The notes under the pieces were generated by a model. That model was not told where the DNA came from. It saw nothing but the letters and a program-made list of their open reading frames with translations, and did no database searches. The translations under genes were made by a program, and so were the position numbers. From the NCBI GenBank assembly GCA_002104905.1, contig MCFE01000417.1, forward strand, positions 14,852 to 78,851: a stretch of 64,000 bases of DNA, written 5' to 3'. Of the stretch, positions 13,449 to 26,958 are shown in pieces (within the stretch, counting starts at the first letter, position 1; every line of letters starts with the position of its first letter). This stretch comes from Basidiobolus meristosporus CBS 931.73. Taxonomy: Eukaryota > Fungi > Basidiobolomycota.

Positions 13449-13792
13449 CAAAATTGCTCCTGTACAGCTTCCTTTTCAAGTACCCTCACTCTCAGCTCAT
13501 TTTTGATTTCAATACTGCCTTATTATATATTTTCTTACATTCATCTGCTGGCATCTTGATGTAGAACTCATGCCACAGCTTTGTACTCAGGTTCTTTCAT
13601 CTTGCTCAACTTTCTGAGGTATCTAGTTCTGCTAGATTAATGAGTAGTGCCCAAATATCTGTATGAAGGCTCATCATAAACACTTGGGCCATACTAAAAT
13701 CATTTGGCCAGAACTCAAACGGATATGACAATGACTCTCCCAGTCTGGACTGCACTTGTAAGCTATGGGATGGGTTTTGTCTGGGTTGTACT

Positions 13793-14141
13793 TGTTGAAA
13801 TATCAGAGAGATATATTGGAAGTGAATTGGAGAATTAGAAGATTTACATGATATTCCCTTGATGTTTTATTGAGTTGCAACACAGTATTTATACTTATTG
13901 CAGAACTACGTAAATGTGACTATTTGGTCATTATTAGGGGAGTCTCAGGAGTACATGTGCCAAGTTTCAGCTCATTTGGACAAGTTTCAGATTTTCCTAA
14001 AATTCTGTACTTCTCTAATTCCTGATAATTAGTAAATATCTTACCAACTAATTTCCATGCTGATAATCTGAAATATATCATTTCACTAAGTGCTAGTTCA
14101 TAATATATTAATAATTAGGTGGACTCCTAATTATTTCAACA
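13793..14141 (-). mobile_element. Solo LTR, Copia family B, with 5-bp TSD GTACT
   Basis: TGTTG...CAACA, GTACT at 13788-13792 and 14142-14146, homologous to 1167-1514. Confidence 0.92.
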
Positions 14142-14201
14142 GTACTAAGGTGAGTTGAGACTTTGTATAGGGACCACAGTAATGAATTTGGATACTTACA
14201 C

Positions 14202-16330
14202 TGTTGCAATTTAAGAAGTGATTTGGATATAAGGAACTTATCAAGAAATAGTGATAATAGTTGAACTGTTGTTTATTCATAAAGAAGCTCAGTATTTATA
14301 CCTTTGTAGAAGTGATACAGCTGTAACACTAAGTAGGGAGGGTTTCTCAATATTCAGGAGCATTCTGTAACAGTTTCAGGGTTAGTACATAATGTTTGGT
14401 AATAGTGTAATTTTATCCTGACTATAGGGAAATAATCATAAGATCATATATCTGGAGAAAGTGGCAAAGTTAAGGCAGTAAATGAGCCCTACAGTGACTA
14501 AGACTAGTCTAGAATTGTTAAGTAAATTTTTAGCTGCTGAATGTTACCAAATAGTCCACTATCTCAACACTCCCTCTCAACTAATTAATTTCTTAATCCC
14601 AATTTCTCTCTAAGGATCTCAAACTGTGGCCTAGCTAGTGGTTTTGTCAATATGTCTGCCACCATTTTGTCAGTTGGGCAGTAAATTAGCTCCACTAAGT
14701 TATTTTCTACAGCTTACCTCACAAAGTGATGCTGTATATCAATGTGCTTAGTTCTGCCATGATTAGTAGGATTTCTAGCTAATGAAATACAACTTTGATT
14801 ATCCTTGTAAATACATGTTGGTTCACCTGAATTAAAACCTAAGTCTTGAATAATTTTTGTAGCCATATAGCCTCCTTAGCTTGACATGCAGCCATATATT
14901 TGGCTTCAGTTGTAGATAGTGCCACAGTTGGTTGTTTCTTGCAATTCCAGGTAATACCTGCACCAGCATAAAGAAATACATAGCCTGTGGTAGAGCATCT
15001 GTCAATCAGATCCCTACCCCAATCTGAATCACTATAACCATCAAATTTGAGCCTATTAGCTGCGCCAGAGTATTCCAGTACCATATTTATGGTACCTTGT
15101 AGATATCTGAAAATCCGCTTAACTGCTGCAATTTGATCTTATCCATAATTCTGCATGGATTGACTGACTATTCCAACTGCCACTGCAATATCTGGACGTG
15201 TAGACACCATCAAGTACATTAGGCTACCAGCCATTGATTGATAGGGAAAGTTTTGGTCCATATTTGAGCCGTTTTCATCTGTAACTGGCTGAGATTTGCT
15301 TAAGTTCAGGTTATTGTCCATAGGGGTTGCTGCAGGTTTGCAATTTTCCATTTTGAAGCATCTGAGAATGTCCCTGATGTGCTTAGACTGATTCAGCACA
15401 ATTTTCTGCGTAGGTATGTCAAATTTGACCTCAATTCCAAGAAAATAGCTCAATTTTCCAAGATCTTTCATCTCAATTTGCTGAAGAGATCTGATTTTGT
15501 CTGTTTAAGTGCCTCTTGGTCACTTGTAGCTATAATTAGGTCATCCACATAAAGAACTAGGGTGATCACGCCCTTTTTGAGCTGTTTCACATATATACTG
15601 TGATCTGCAGTGCTACAAGAGAACCCAATTTCCTCTAGATATTTGACAATGTTGTTATACCATGCTCTGGGTGCCTGCTTAAGCCCATACAAAGATTTTC
15701 TAAGTTTGCAAACCTTATCGGGGCCTTTTGAATCGATAAAACCTTTTGGTTGCTCCATATATATAGTTTCTTGCAAATCCCCATTTAGAAAGGCTGTTTT
15801 GACGTCCATTTGGTGTAAATCTAGACTATGTACAGCTGCCAGGGCTAGAACTGTCCTAATAGAGTTAAACTTGGTAACCGGAGCAAATGTTTCCTTAAAG
15901 TCTAGTCCCTAGATCTGGGAATACCCTTTAGCTACCAATCTAGCCTTGTACTTATCAACGGCACCATTTGAGGTTATCTTGATCTTGTAGACCCATCTAC
16001 ATCCTATTGGCTTCCTCCCATTTGGTAAATCTACCAGTTCCCATGTTTTTGCCTTGATCAATGATTGGTACTCCTCCTGCATGGCTTGTTGCCACTTAGT
16101 AGCATCTGGACTTTGCATTGCCTGTTCCAGATTCTGAGGTTTGGCACAAAAGGCAAGATAAGCTTCTTCATGATCATTTGATGTCTGCCACCAGGATCCA
16201 GGGGCATTTCTTATTCTGGTAGATCTCCTAACTGGGATAATCTGTTCTTATCTGGAACTGGTAGAAGTATCTTCCATATCTGGGTGGATTTGGTACATAT
16301 CTTCTTCATTAGTTTGTATCTTTATAAATT
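14202..16330 (-). mobile_element. Ty1/Copia family C, 3' half (RT, RNase H, PPT, 3' LTR 14202-14569)
   Basis: KARLVAKGYSQ, MDVKTAFLNG, LYVDDL, YSDSDW and STTEAKY motifs. PPT GAGAGGGAG precedes TGTTGAG on the minus strand. Stops and frameshifts present. 5' boundary approximate. Confidence 0.92.
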
Positions 16331-16859
16331 CCCTAATCCGGTATTTACAACCCAACTTTGGAAACCTTGTAGGGCAATAGTTCTTGAAATAGCTGAGAAG
16401 CTTAACAAGGAATTGCCTTGAGTAGTTTGGGGTATATGGTCCACAGTACTAGGTATAGCTCTCCTCTAGTGTGTCAATAGGAAATCCAGTGGTAGTGATG
16501 GGATTGATGAGAAAAGACCATTCAGATGAGTAAGTCCTATTAAAATTGGTAGAAGATCAGGCTGAGGTGGCTTGAATCAATTTGGCACAATCAGCTTTAT
16601 TTATCTGATTTTCCATGCATTGTGATTAAATCTCCATCAATTGCCATGTCTCCCGTCATTATGTTGCAAAACCATCCTCAAACAATGACTGGGTATTTTT
16701 ATAGATGTTTTACTCACAAGTCCATAATCAAATAGGAAATCTGCAATTGATGTGGTTTGATCCATGTTAATGTGATCCAAGATGCATCATGCATAATATA
16801 TGGAAGATTCTACAATAACATTAGTTTTCATATATATTTCATATAAGATCAGATTGATG

Positions 16860-18180
16860 CCAATACACTACTGTATAAGTATCCAAATCTGTCACTATGG
16901 TCCCTATACCAAGTCTCAACTCATATTTAGTGCAACCCAGACAAAACCCATCCTGCAGCTCACAAGCATGGTCTGGACCAGAAAAGTCAATGTTGGACCT
17001 GTATGAGTTCTTGCCAAATGATTTCAGTATGGCCTAAGTGTCTATAATAAGCCTTCATACAGATATTTGGGCACTACTCATTAATCTAGCAGAACTAGAT
17101 ACCTCAGAGAGTTGACAGAGATGGAAGAACCTGAGTAGAAAGCTGTGGCATGAGTTTTACATTAAGATACCAGCAGATAAATGTAAGAAGAAATATAACA
17201 AGACAAGTATTGAAATTGAGAATGAGCTGAGAGTGAGAGGATTAAATGAGGAAGCCATGCTGGAACAATTTTGCATGCAGTTTGCCTAGTACAGGCCAGA
17301 TGTGTCCGTTTGTGCCTTGACTTTGGGAACTTAAGAGATTTTGAATGAGTTTTTGCCTCAAATGACCAATGTATGATGTGATATATTAGTAGAGCTAAGT
17401 GGCTTCCAAGAGCAATATACACAGGACTCATCTAGGCAACAGTTCCAAAGTATTAGACAGAGGGTAGGTGAATACCTTGAGGAATCAGAAGGTGATCTTC
17501 AAGAGGAAAAATACAGACTGCAAGCAACACTGTCTAGACTGTGCCAGCATTCCTTGCTGGATTCCTTACAATCCCATGTAGCTTCAGTGTGCCAGTGCAC
17601 ATCAGTCCAAACTACACCAATACCCTTCACAAGAGCATCCTGCATTGAGTCAATGTGTTTGAGGTCAATGCACATGCTTCAGAGCCAAACCACCAGAACT
17701 TGCCAAACTGCTCAAAAAGATGCAACTCCATTGGAGCAGGCCAAGTTGCATCAACAAGCGGCATCACATTGAACTTAGCCAAGGGCCATGCCAGCGCATT
17801 AAGTTGTGTCTGTGCGTGCCATTACCCCTGACCATCAGTAAGTTTCTTCTGGTCAACTGACTGATGATGACCCACATGAAGTGCCTCCACCACCAGAGCC
17901 TTTGGCAAGTAAAAGAACATGTCAGCATGTAGCACTGCAGGCTGGCTCAGTTGCATCATCCAGAGCAATTCAGCATGGCCAAGCTGTAGCATTGCACTCA
18001 TCAACTAAGAGTCAAAATACTGACTACAAATACACAAGTAGCCCAGAGGATGGTCAACAAGAAAATAGTTTAGATGTGCAGAGTGAATCACTACCAAATC
18101 CTTCAGTAGTAATCCCTGTGATAAAAAATCTAGGAGAAGATGATTTAATTGCATTGAATTGCTATTATTTGTAATGATCA
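16860..18180 (+). repeat. Unclassified repeat U, copy 2, with a decayed ~393-codon frame (16996-18174)
   Basis: Inverted homolog of copy 1. One reading frame runs throughout, interrupted only by TAA/TAG/TGA stops, and includes ORF-track entries 17554-17772 and 17881-18174. Confidence 0.75.
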
Positions 18181-21100
18181 CAAGTAGATTATATGGTTTT
18201 CACTTAATGATTTATTGCATGTAAAAGTGGTAGTTATACTTTCACCTGGTCTTGGCATAGCAAACATGTAGAGTAGGTTAAGGAAGGTCCCAAGAACATG
18301 TGTGCAAAGTTTGGGGCTGTTTGGACAACTTTGAGAAGTTTCATGTTCTGGGTACCTGGTATCTTGGTGAAAATATTCTAAGTAAATCCCAACAAGGAAT
18401 CTGGTCAGTATTCTCTAGGACTTGAGGGTAATGATCTAAGTAACTAAGTTAGGTGAATATTTAGGTGAAATTACAAATTTTTACAAGGCTCCCACTCAGC
18501 TAAATGTTCATACTGACTAGTCCTAAATTTGATCTAAGATATTCAAACTTGCCTCTAGCTAATGGTTTGGTATATATGTCTGCAATCATTTCATCTGTAG
18601 GACAGTAAACTAAGCTAACTAGGTTATTCTCTATAGTTTCACATATGAAATGATGTCTAATATCTAGGTACTTAGTTCTAGCATGAAAGGTTGGATTTCT
18701 ACCTAGTTGTATACACATTCTGATCAAGTTCTACATTCAAAAATGCAGTTTTTACATCCATTTGATGAATAAAAAACTTATACTTGGCTGCAATAGTTGA
18801 TATTAATCTGTTGGAATTAAACTTGGCTGCCAGTGCAAAGGTCTCAGTATAGTCAAGTCCTTTTGCTTGAGAGTATCCTTTGGCTACAAGTTGTGCTTTG
18901 TATCTTTCAACTGTACCATCAGTCTTGTCTTTTGTATTGAAGACCCATCCACATCCAATTGATTTTTAGTTGATTGGCAATTTGACTAAGTCCCAAGTTT
19001 GATTTTCCATCAGGGCCTGATATTCCTCAGTCATTGCAGATCTCCAAAGCTTTGTCTGAGGGCTATTTAGGGCCTCTTTTACAGTCTGGGGCTCATCAAT
19101 ATGGACTGAATAGGCATAGGCTAAGTTTGTACCCTTATTGATATAGTAAATTGGGCTATATCTTGTCCCATTTGATCTCTAGGCATTTGATACTGGAATG
19201 CTCATTTCTGGGATATTTCTGGGCACTGATTCTGGCTGAACCACAGTTTTAGAGTCCTCTGGAGTGAGAAAATTCTCACTGTTTTGCTCTGATTCAATCC
19301 TGACAATTGGTGGACTTGAGATCAGAATTTTGACATCATCTGATGTCATTTTTTGTGAAAATCTTGAATTTTCCTCAGACAACACATCTCTGGACTTGAT
19401 TAGCTTCTTTACTTTGGTATTGTAGAGTCTGTATGCTTTACTCTCATTGCAGTAGCCCAAAATATGCATTTTACACTTTTTGGCTCAGATATTGACTGAT
19501 TTCCGGGCAGTTTCTTGGTATATGCTGTACACCTAATATTCTTAGATGTTCTGCACTTGGTCTGTATCAGTACCATGCTTCAAATGGAGTAGAATCACAA
19601 AGTATTCTGTTATAACCCCTATTTTTAAGGTATACAGCGGTGGCAACTGATTCCGCCCAAAAATCATAGGATAATTTTTGAGCATGGATCATAGATCTTG
19701 CCATATCAGTTATTGATCTGTTAGAATGTTTGGCTACTCCATTTTGCTGAGGAGAGTAGGATACAGTAGTCTCTTGCTTTATCACCTGAATCTTGCAGAA
19801 GTGAATGAAGAGCTTTGAGGTATATTCTCCAACATTGTCAGGGGGTATTTTCTTAATTTTTTCACCAGTATCTCTCTCCACCCTGGCATTAAACTCCCTG
19901 AACTTAGACAGAGCTTCTTCCTTTTGCTCCATGAAGTAAACCCATGTGTATCTTGTATAATCATCAATAAAAGTAATTAAATACTGCATCCCACCTAAGG
20001 ATAAATTTTGCATAGGTCCACACAGATCTGAGTGAATTAGATCTAATTTTTTCTTAGTTTTGATTAACCCAGAGCTCTTGAACAGTTGTCTGGCTTGTTT
20101 CCCATATATGTAGGCTTCACAGTGCTCCAAATTAGCTGGGGGATCAACTTTTACTCCAGAAATTAGCTGATCTTTGATCATTTTGCGCAAATAATCAAAA
20201 TTGATGTGCTGAATCTCCTGTGCCAAAGCATTGGTGTTTCTTCTTTTAAGTTACTTATATAGGCTTCCAAATTGGATGGAATATAGGTCAACTTGTATAG
20301 ATTCTGATCTCTGATACCCAAAGCAATATGGGCACCATTTTAATCAGTGATCTTGCCTCCAAAATTGTCAAAGCTGAAACTGAGTCCTTCTGCAGTGGCC
20401 TTGCTTACAGATAGTAGGTTCTTGGCTATATCTGGTACATAGAGTACTTCTTTGAAAGTCAGTGTATGGCTTCCTCAACTGCTTCTTAGGTTTACTTGGA
20501 TAGTTCCTTCTCCCACTGCATCAAGTGTTCTATTGTCACCCATGAAAACCTTCTTAATTGGAATCTCTTGATATGGGTAAAAAGTTCCTTTTGGTGTGTA
20601 AAGTGTTGAGATGCTCCAGAGTCAAATACCACGTCTGAAAATCCTTGTTTGTGGTCATATTCAGTGCAAATATGAATAGTCTATCTTCAGTTGTTGCAGC
20701 ATTTCCATATTCAGGCTTTTTCTGCTAACTATCTTTCTTTTTGAAGCACTAGTCTAATGTGTGTCCTTTACTTTTGTAGTAGTTACAGAACAGGTTGCTG
20801 TTGCCTTTGTAGGGTATTGGGTACCTTCTTTGCTGGTTACCACTGCTTATTAAAGTATTTTCTTCTTCCTTCTTATTGGTGCTTGATTTTCTTAATTCTT
20901 CATCCAGGAGCCTCCCATATAAGTATTTTAAGGTCAAATCTTGAGTTCTGGACTCTAGGACTGCTACAAGGCCCTGAAACCTGTCTGTCAGGCTATTCAG
21001 GATGGTAACTAGCACATCCTCATTAGTGGTTGGTGTGAGTACTAAATGCAGTACCCACTCTTTGCCCAAGAGTTCTCCCCAGAGTCCTACCCAAAGTCCC

Positions 21101-24100
21101 CCAGTATCCTCCCTATGATTCCCCCGCCTGCCCTCCCTCCTATCCCTACCCTTATCTAGCTAGAACACTTACCATAGCAGGAAGGTACTCACACCCCTAT
21201 TTTATAACACATTGTCTATTATCTAAGCCCCCCAAGTAATACATATATTCACACAATTGAACCAAGACAAGGGATTTTGGGACAGAATAAACACAAGTCT
21301 TGATTACCTTGCTACCTTCTATTGGAAGCTATTCTGAGCCAAGTGGTACTGACCTGACCTACAAGCTCTCCCACTCACCCAGTACAGTCAGTAATAACCC
21401 ACATATTTGGTGCCGTCTCTGCGGAAATAAGCACAAGTGAGGTAATGACTACTTCAATCAAACTAAAAACATACAAGGGAAAGAGAGAGAAAGCCCTTTG
21501 AGTGGCTTGATAAGTTTGAGAGAGTTGCGGTTGATGCAGGATGCGACAACAATAAGAAAGTGTGGGATTTCACATGACATATGGAAGGGTTGGCATGGCA
21601 ATGGCACTATGGGTTGGAAGATGCAGTTAAAGACAACTGGGATGCACTAGAAGAAGCCTACAAGACATGTTTTCTATATGCCAAAGGACACCACTACAAA
21701 GCCCTTCTACTGTCCTCATGGAAGAAAAGCAGTGGGAGCTATGAAGCCTACACTGAGCTGTTTCTCCAACAAGATGAATGTCTCCCAAAGGACAAAATTG
21801 CCAAACAACAGCTCATGAGGTATTACATCATGGGCTTAGACAACAAAATAAGACGTAGGGCATCCAAAGAACAACAGGGATGTAAAATGCTGCAAAAGTT
21901 GGTTGAAGAAGTACAAGGGGTCATCTTACTATGGGGGCTACCTTATGGTGATACAAATGATTGAAGGACAGGGATCCCCCGTAAGAAAGGAAAAATTGCA
22001 TCCTCAAAAGACCGTGAGTTGGAGGAATTACAGCAAAAGGTCCAAGAACTCTTGATCAACAATGTCCAAGAAGTCCCCAAAGAAGGTGATAAACTCTGGG
22101 AAGCTGTTGTAGACTAAAAGGCCCAGGTACAAGCCCTGACCAAACAGATGGAACAACTGCAACAACAATACCTGTGTTATGTATGTGAAGAAGTAGGCCT
22201 TCAAGCCCACAAATGTGAAAAATGGTACAGACAAGAACCTGTACCAGACACAAAAGAGAAGAAGGCATCAAAAGACAGAGTCCCTTGCCAGGAGGCCAAC
22301 GGGACTCAGTCAATTTAAGCCCTCCAGTTAGAACAGTTAAAGTATGAAAGAAGAAGCGTTTACATGATGATTCTAGAGAGGAGGCAAAGGAACCTGTAGT
22401 AGAGGTTCCGTCAAAAGGAGAGAACACGGAATTAGGTGAAGAGGTACAGAATGAGCCTTGGGAAGAAGTGTTGAAGCAAACAAAGAATGCTAATACGTCT
22501 TCCCATGGCCTATTCCCCATAATGAAAGTACTAGAGCAAACCAAGGCAACCCTCCCAATAACCTATTTACTGGGACTGGCCCTGGCTCTAGTCAAGAAAT
22601 GCATAGAGGGTTTGAAGGAGATAATGACTCTTCATGTCAACCAGATGGTACTGCAAAAACCAAATAAAGGTACATACGTAAAGGTACATATAGAGAATAA
22701 GGAGATTCTTGCCCTTATTGACACTGGATCCTCTATGTTCTTCATGTCAGAATCATTAGCCAAACGTCTAAAATTAGATATAGTCCCCAACAACACCATT
22801 TGGGTATGGCTAGCAAATGACCAACTGGACACAACAGTAGGAGTGGTGCCTAATTGCCCCATCCAGCTAGGAAACTTGATTATACACCAAGATGTTATGG
22901 TTCTACCCATTGCAGCCAACTGCTTACTCATTGGTGAGAGTTGGTTCATCCAACATAAGATGGATATACTCTACAGTGCATCTGAACTCAGGTGGGATAC
23001 CAAGAGTATCCCACTGATTCATATCACCAATGAGAGCAAGGTGCATAGCAACAGTGTGACAATCAAAGAAGTGAAACTGTTGCAGTCTTCGATCATCACA
23101 CAAAAGGGGATAAAAATACCACCCACCAGTGAGATGGTGATCTCATTAGAGACACCAATAGCTTATTTGACAAGCAGAAGAATGATAACTGCAGCAAAAG
23201 CATTCAAGCAACTGGAAGGAATCTTGATCCCTACAGTATGGATACCACCAAAATTTCAAACGCAAAGTTTGAAGTGCTTAGTGGTTAACAACAGGCAAAA
23301 CGCAGTGACATTGCCTAGAGGATTGCCATTGTTAAACCTAGAGGAAGTAGACAGAAACAACCAAGGGCCACCTACAAACAAGGAACAAGAAGAAGAACTC
23401 CCCAAACTAGATGTGGACCCCAATCTACCGCCTGCATTACAAGACAAGTTCCTAGAAGGAATATGCCTGCTTGCCCAAGTATTCTCTAAGAACCAAGTAA
23501 TTGGTCATATACCTGGGGTATATCACCAAATCCACCTCACCAACAAATACCCCATCAAGCAAAAAGCCTACATGAACTTGGAAATTGACACGGACTATAT
23601 CAAAGAGACAATTGAAACTTTATTGAAAGACAACATCATTACAGAGAGCCAGTCTCCGTGGGCCTCCCCCGTAGTGATAGTCCCAAAGAAAGTCAGGAAG
23701 CAATGCTTTTGCATCAACTACCAAAAATTGAATGCCGTGGCCCGGAAGGACGTGTATCCACTACTGCAAATAGACAACCTGTTGGACAGATTAATTGGAG
23801 CTAAATATTTTAGCTCTCTTGACTTAATCTCCAGGTATTGGCAAGTAGAAGTAGCCCTAAAAGATCAACCCAAAACCGCTTTTATAACATTGTTTGGATT
23901 ATACAAATAGAACCAACTACCCTTTGGCTTGTGCAATGCCCCTGCTATGTTCCAAAGGATGATCAACAAGGTGCTAGGAAATCTACAATGGGAATGCACT
24001 CTTGTGTATCTCAACAACATCACAATATATTCCCACAATGTAGAAGAACATATACACAACGTGCAACATATCCTGACAGCCCTCCTTGAGAAACAACTCA

Positions 24101-25041
24101 AACTACATCCCAAGAAGTGCCATTTCCTGTATACAAAATTGTTGCTCCTGGGCCACAAGATCTTGGCAGATGGATTATACCCATCTACTTTGCTCCTGAA
24201 AGCCGTTCAAGATACACCCGCACCAAAGGATATTAATGCAGTGTTTGGATTCCTAGGATTAGCTGGCTACTATTGCCGCTTTGTCAAAAACTTTGCAACA
24301 ATAGTAGCCCCCCTATACAAATTGACACAACAAGGCCAATATTTTGTATGGTTGGAGCCTCAAAAGAGAGCATTCAATCAGCTGAAACATTCCCTGACGT
24401 CACCGCCAGTGTTACGCTTTCCCAATTGGGATGCAAGATTTTTTATTAACTCTGATGGAAGTCTCACTGGTATAGGCGCCGTACTGGCACAATATCACCA
24501 AGCCAGCAAATTCCACCCAATTGGTTACGTGAGCCATTTTCTAAATGCTCAAACATTACTACCCCATTAGCAAGATAGAATGTCTGGCTGTTGTTTATTC
24601 AACTAAACAATTCCATACATACATACATGGTTGCCAACTCACAATAGTAACGGACCACAGCGCACTGGTCTGGCTGATGAAAACTAAAGACTTTACTGGT
24701 TGACTAGCATGTTGGGCCCTCCAACTACAAGAATACAACTTTGAAATATTTCATTGCGCTGGCAAAAAACACCAAGACGCAGACTTCCTCAGTTGCTATC
24801 CCGTTTGCCAGGCATGTGTCAGCAATGACTATGAAGACGTAATCTGCTTTAAAAGAAGAGGGAAGTATCCCAAACACATTGTTACAAACAAGCAGAAGAG
24901 AGACTTTTGGAAGAAATGGTGTTAGTACAGAGTACAAGAAAACCAATTATGGTTCCTCCAAGGACAGTTCAGAGTCAAGGTACCCCCAATAACTGCCCGT
25001 GAAGAAATCATTCAAGAAAGACATATGTAATTAGGACATGC

Positions 25042-25590
25042 TGTGGTGGTGTAGAGGTACTCCTGGGAGAAGCTACACAACTCAAGGTGTGTGAGGTGTC
25101 TGATGGGTGCAATAACCTCTGTGTCTAAACTGTTGATGTCTTGGTCTATATGTCACTATGGTAAAAGCTCCTGCTTCTCTAGCTTCCTAAGTGCTCCAAG
25201 TGTCTCCAGAGGCCTCTGTGTGTCTTGTGCACTACCCTGAAAAGCTCCTTGGTGGTAGGTCTGAGATGTACTGTTGAAGGCAGGTGCAGTGATCAACTGC
25301 TAATCAATAAGGTAGAAGTGTTACTGATAGAAGGGATGATTTATTGATGAGGTATTACTTTCCCTTAAATACTTTTCCTGATTGCCAAGTGATTACTAAT
25401 GACAAGGTTCTAGAAGATTCTAGGTATTGGTAAAATTCTTGATGACATCACTCTGTGCTAAAAATATGCCAAGAATGTCCTGGAAGGTTCCAAATGGCAC
25501 AGCACATCCAACCAATCAGGAATCAGTAGTCTGAAACCTGTGCAACATAGAAATACCATATATGGTATTGAAATGGTAGGGATGGTAACA
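25042..25590 (-). mobile_element. Probable solo LTR inserted in the G2 integrase zinc-finger region
   Basis: TG...CA ends, TATTTAAG and AATAAA on the minus strand, interrupts the H...GH / YW...CxxC motif. TSD not resolved. Confidence 0.5.
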
Positions 25591-25605
25591 CAGACCTAGG
25601 TCATG

Positions 25606-25862
25606 TGTCACGGGTACTGACGCAGGTACTTGCCTTATGTAGATACATATAATGATCACAAAGCTGAATAACATCTAGGATAACTAATGTTAATAACTAA
25701 TCAGGGTAAACATCATATGGGGATAATACTGATAATATGGGCAAAAGAAGAATGGGATAATACTGATAAGATAAAATATGGATAAGTATATCATAATGAC
25801 TATATGAATAAACTTGTCTGTGGGAGGTATGTTTACCTTACCACAATGCTAACCCCCTAACA
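25606..25862 (+). mobile_element. Second short LTR-like insertion in the G2 integrase
   Basis: TGTCACGG...CTAACA with AATAAA near 25807. The integrase frame (TYNMLRKMFYW) resumes at ~25863. TSD not resolved. Confidence 0.45.
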
Positions 25863-26958
25863 ACATACAATATGTTAAGAAAGATGTTTTATTGGAAAAA
25901 AATGATGACCAACATTGTGAATACGCTACAAAGATGCTCCACCTGCAAAAGATTTAACTAGAGCCAGAAGATAGGGACAACCACACCAATACCGCTTGAC
26001 CAACCCTTCCACTGGGTAGGGATCAACTTTGTTGGCCCCTTTATGAAAACAAAGAAAGGAGAACAATACATAATAATTGCTACCAATTATTTCTCAAAGT
26101 GGGTAGTAGCCCAAGCCGTCCAAAATAAAGACCAGAAGACAACCACCCAATTCATTCAAGAACACCTCATCTGCCAACACAGATATCCTCAGATACTCTT
26201 GTCCAACAATGGTGGCTCCTTCCTGAACAACACTGTGGCCCATTTGTGCAAAATGATGGGCGTGAAACAGGTCTTCAAGGCTGCTTATCATCCCCAGACC
26301 AACGGATTAACCAAGAGGATGGACCAGACATGTTGCTGCATACTAGAGAAGCTCCACTGGGAACTTCCCCAATCATGGGCCAAACTACTCCCACTGACAC
26401 TCCTAGCAATGCGTACAATACCAAATAAAATGACAGGTTTCTCCCTGTACAAAGTTCTGTATGGACAAAGGCCCAAGTGGCGTGAAGAAGCTGGATTGAC
26501 AATGGAAGGTGTCCCCTTATTAACACATAAACTATGTAGAAAGGTTGATACACCATATTGCCCACCTATACATAAAAGTATTCAAAAATGTTAACAAGCA
26601 CCTTCCCCCTCTGCCCAAAAGTGAGAAACTAATGGGACAAAAGTGGAAACCAGGCAATAAAGTATGGTACAATCAAACTGTTGCAGGCCTCAAGTTTTGC
26701 CCGCAATTTACACCCCAATGGATTGGCCCTTGCACTGTCATTAGTTTGGACCACAGGCCAAAGTACACCATCACCCTGAACAATAAGACAATCAGCAACG
26801 TAGCGCTTGCCCATCTGAAACCATTTCATGATGATCCACCAATCATCACTGGAACCAAAGTGTGATTAAACAATTATCAGGACAAGGATAGAGGAAGACA
26901 CGGGATACATACAAAGTTTATTAGAGGAGATTTTAGCTGATATAGGTACAAATGATAT

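Larger units (their letters stand above)
7600..14201 (-). repeat. Unclassified repeat U, copy 1 (pieces 7600-8509, 13449-13792, 14142-14201), interrupted by the G1 element and a Copia B solo LTR
   Basis: The pieces are the reverse complement of ~16860-18180 and rejoin seamlessly once both insertions and one TSD copy each are removed. Confidence 0.8.
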
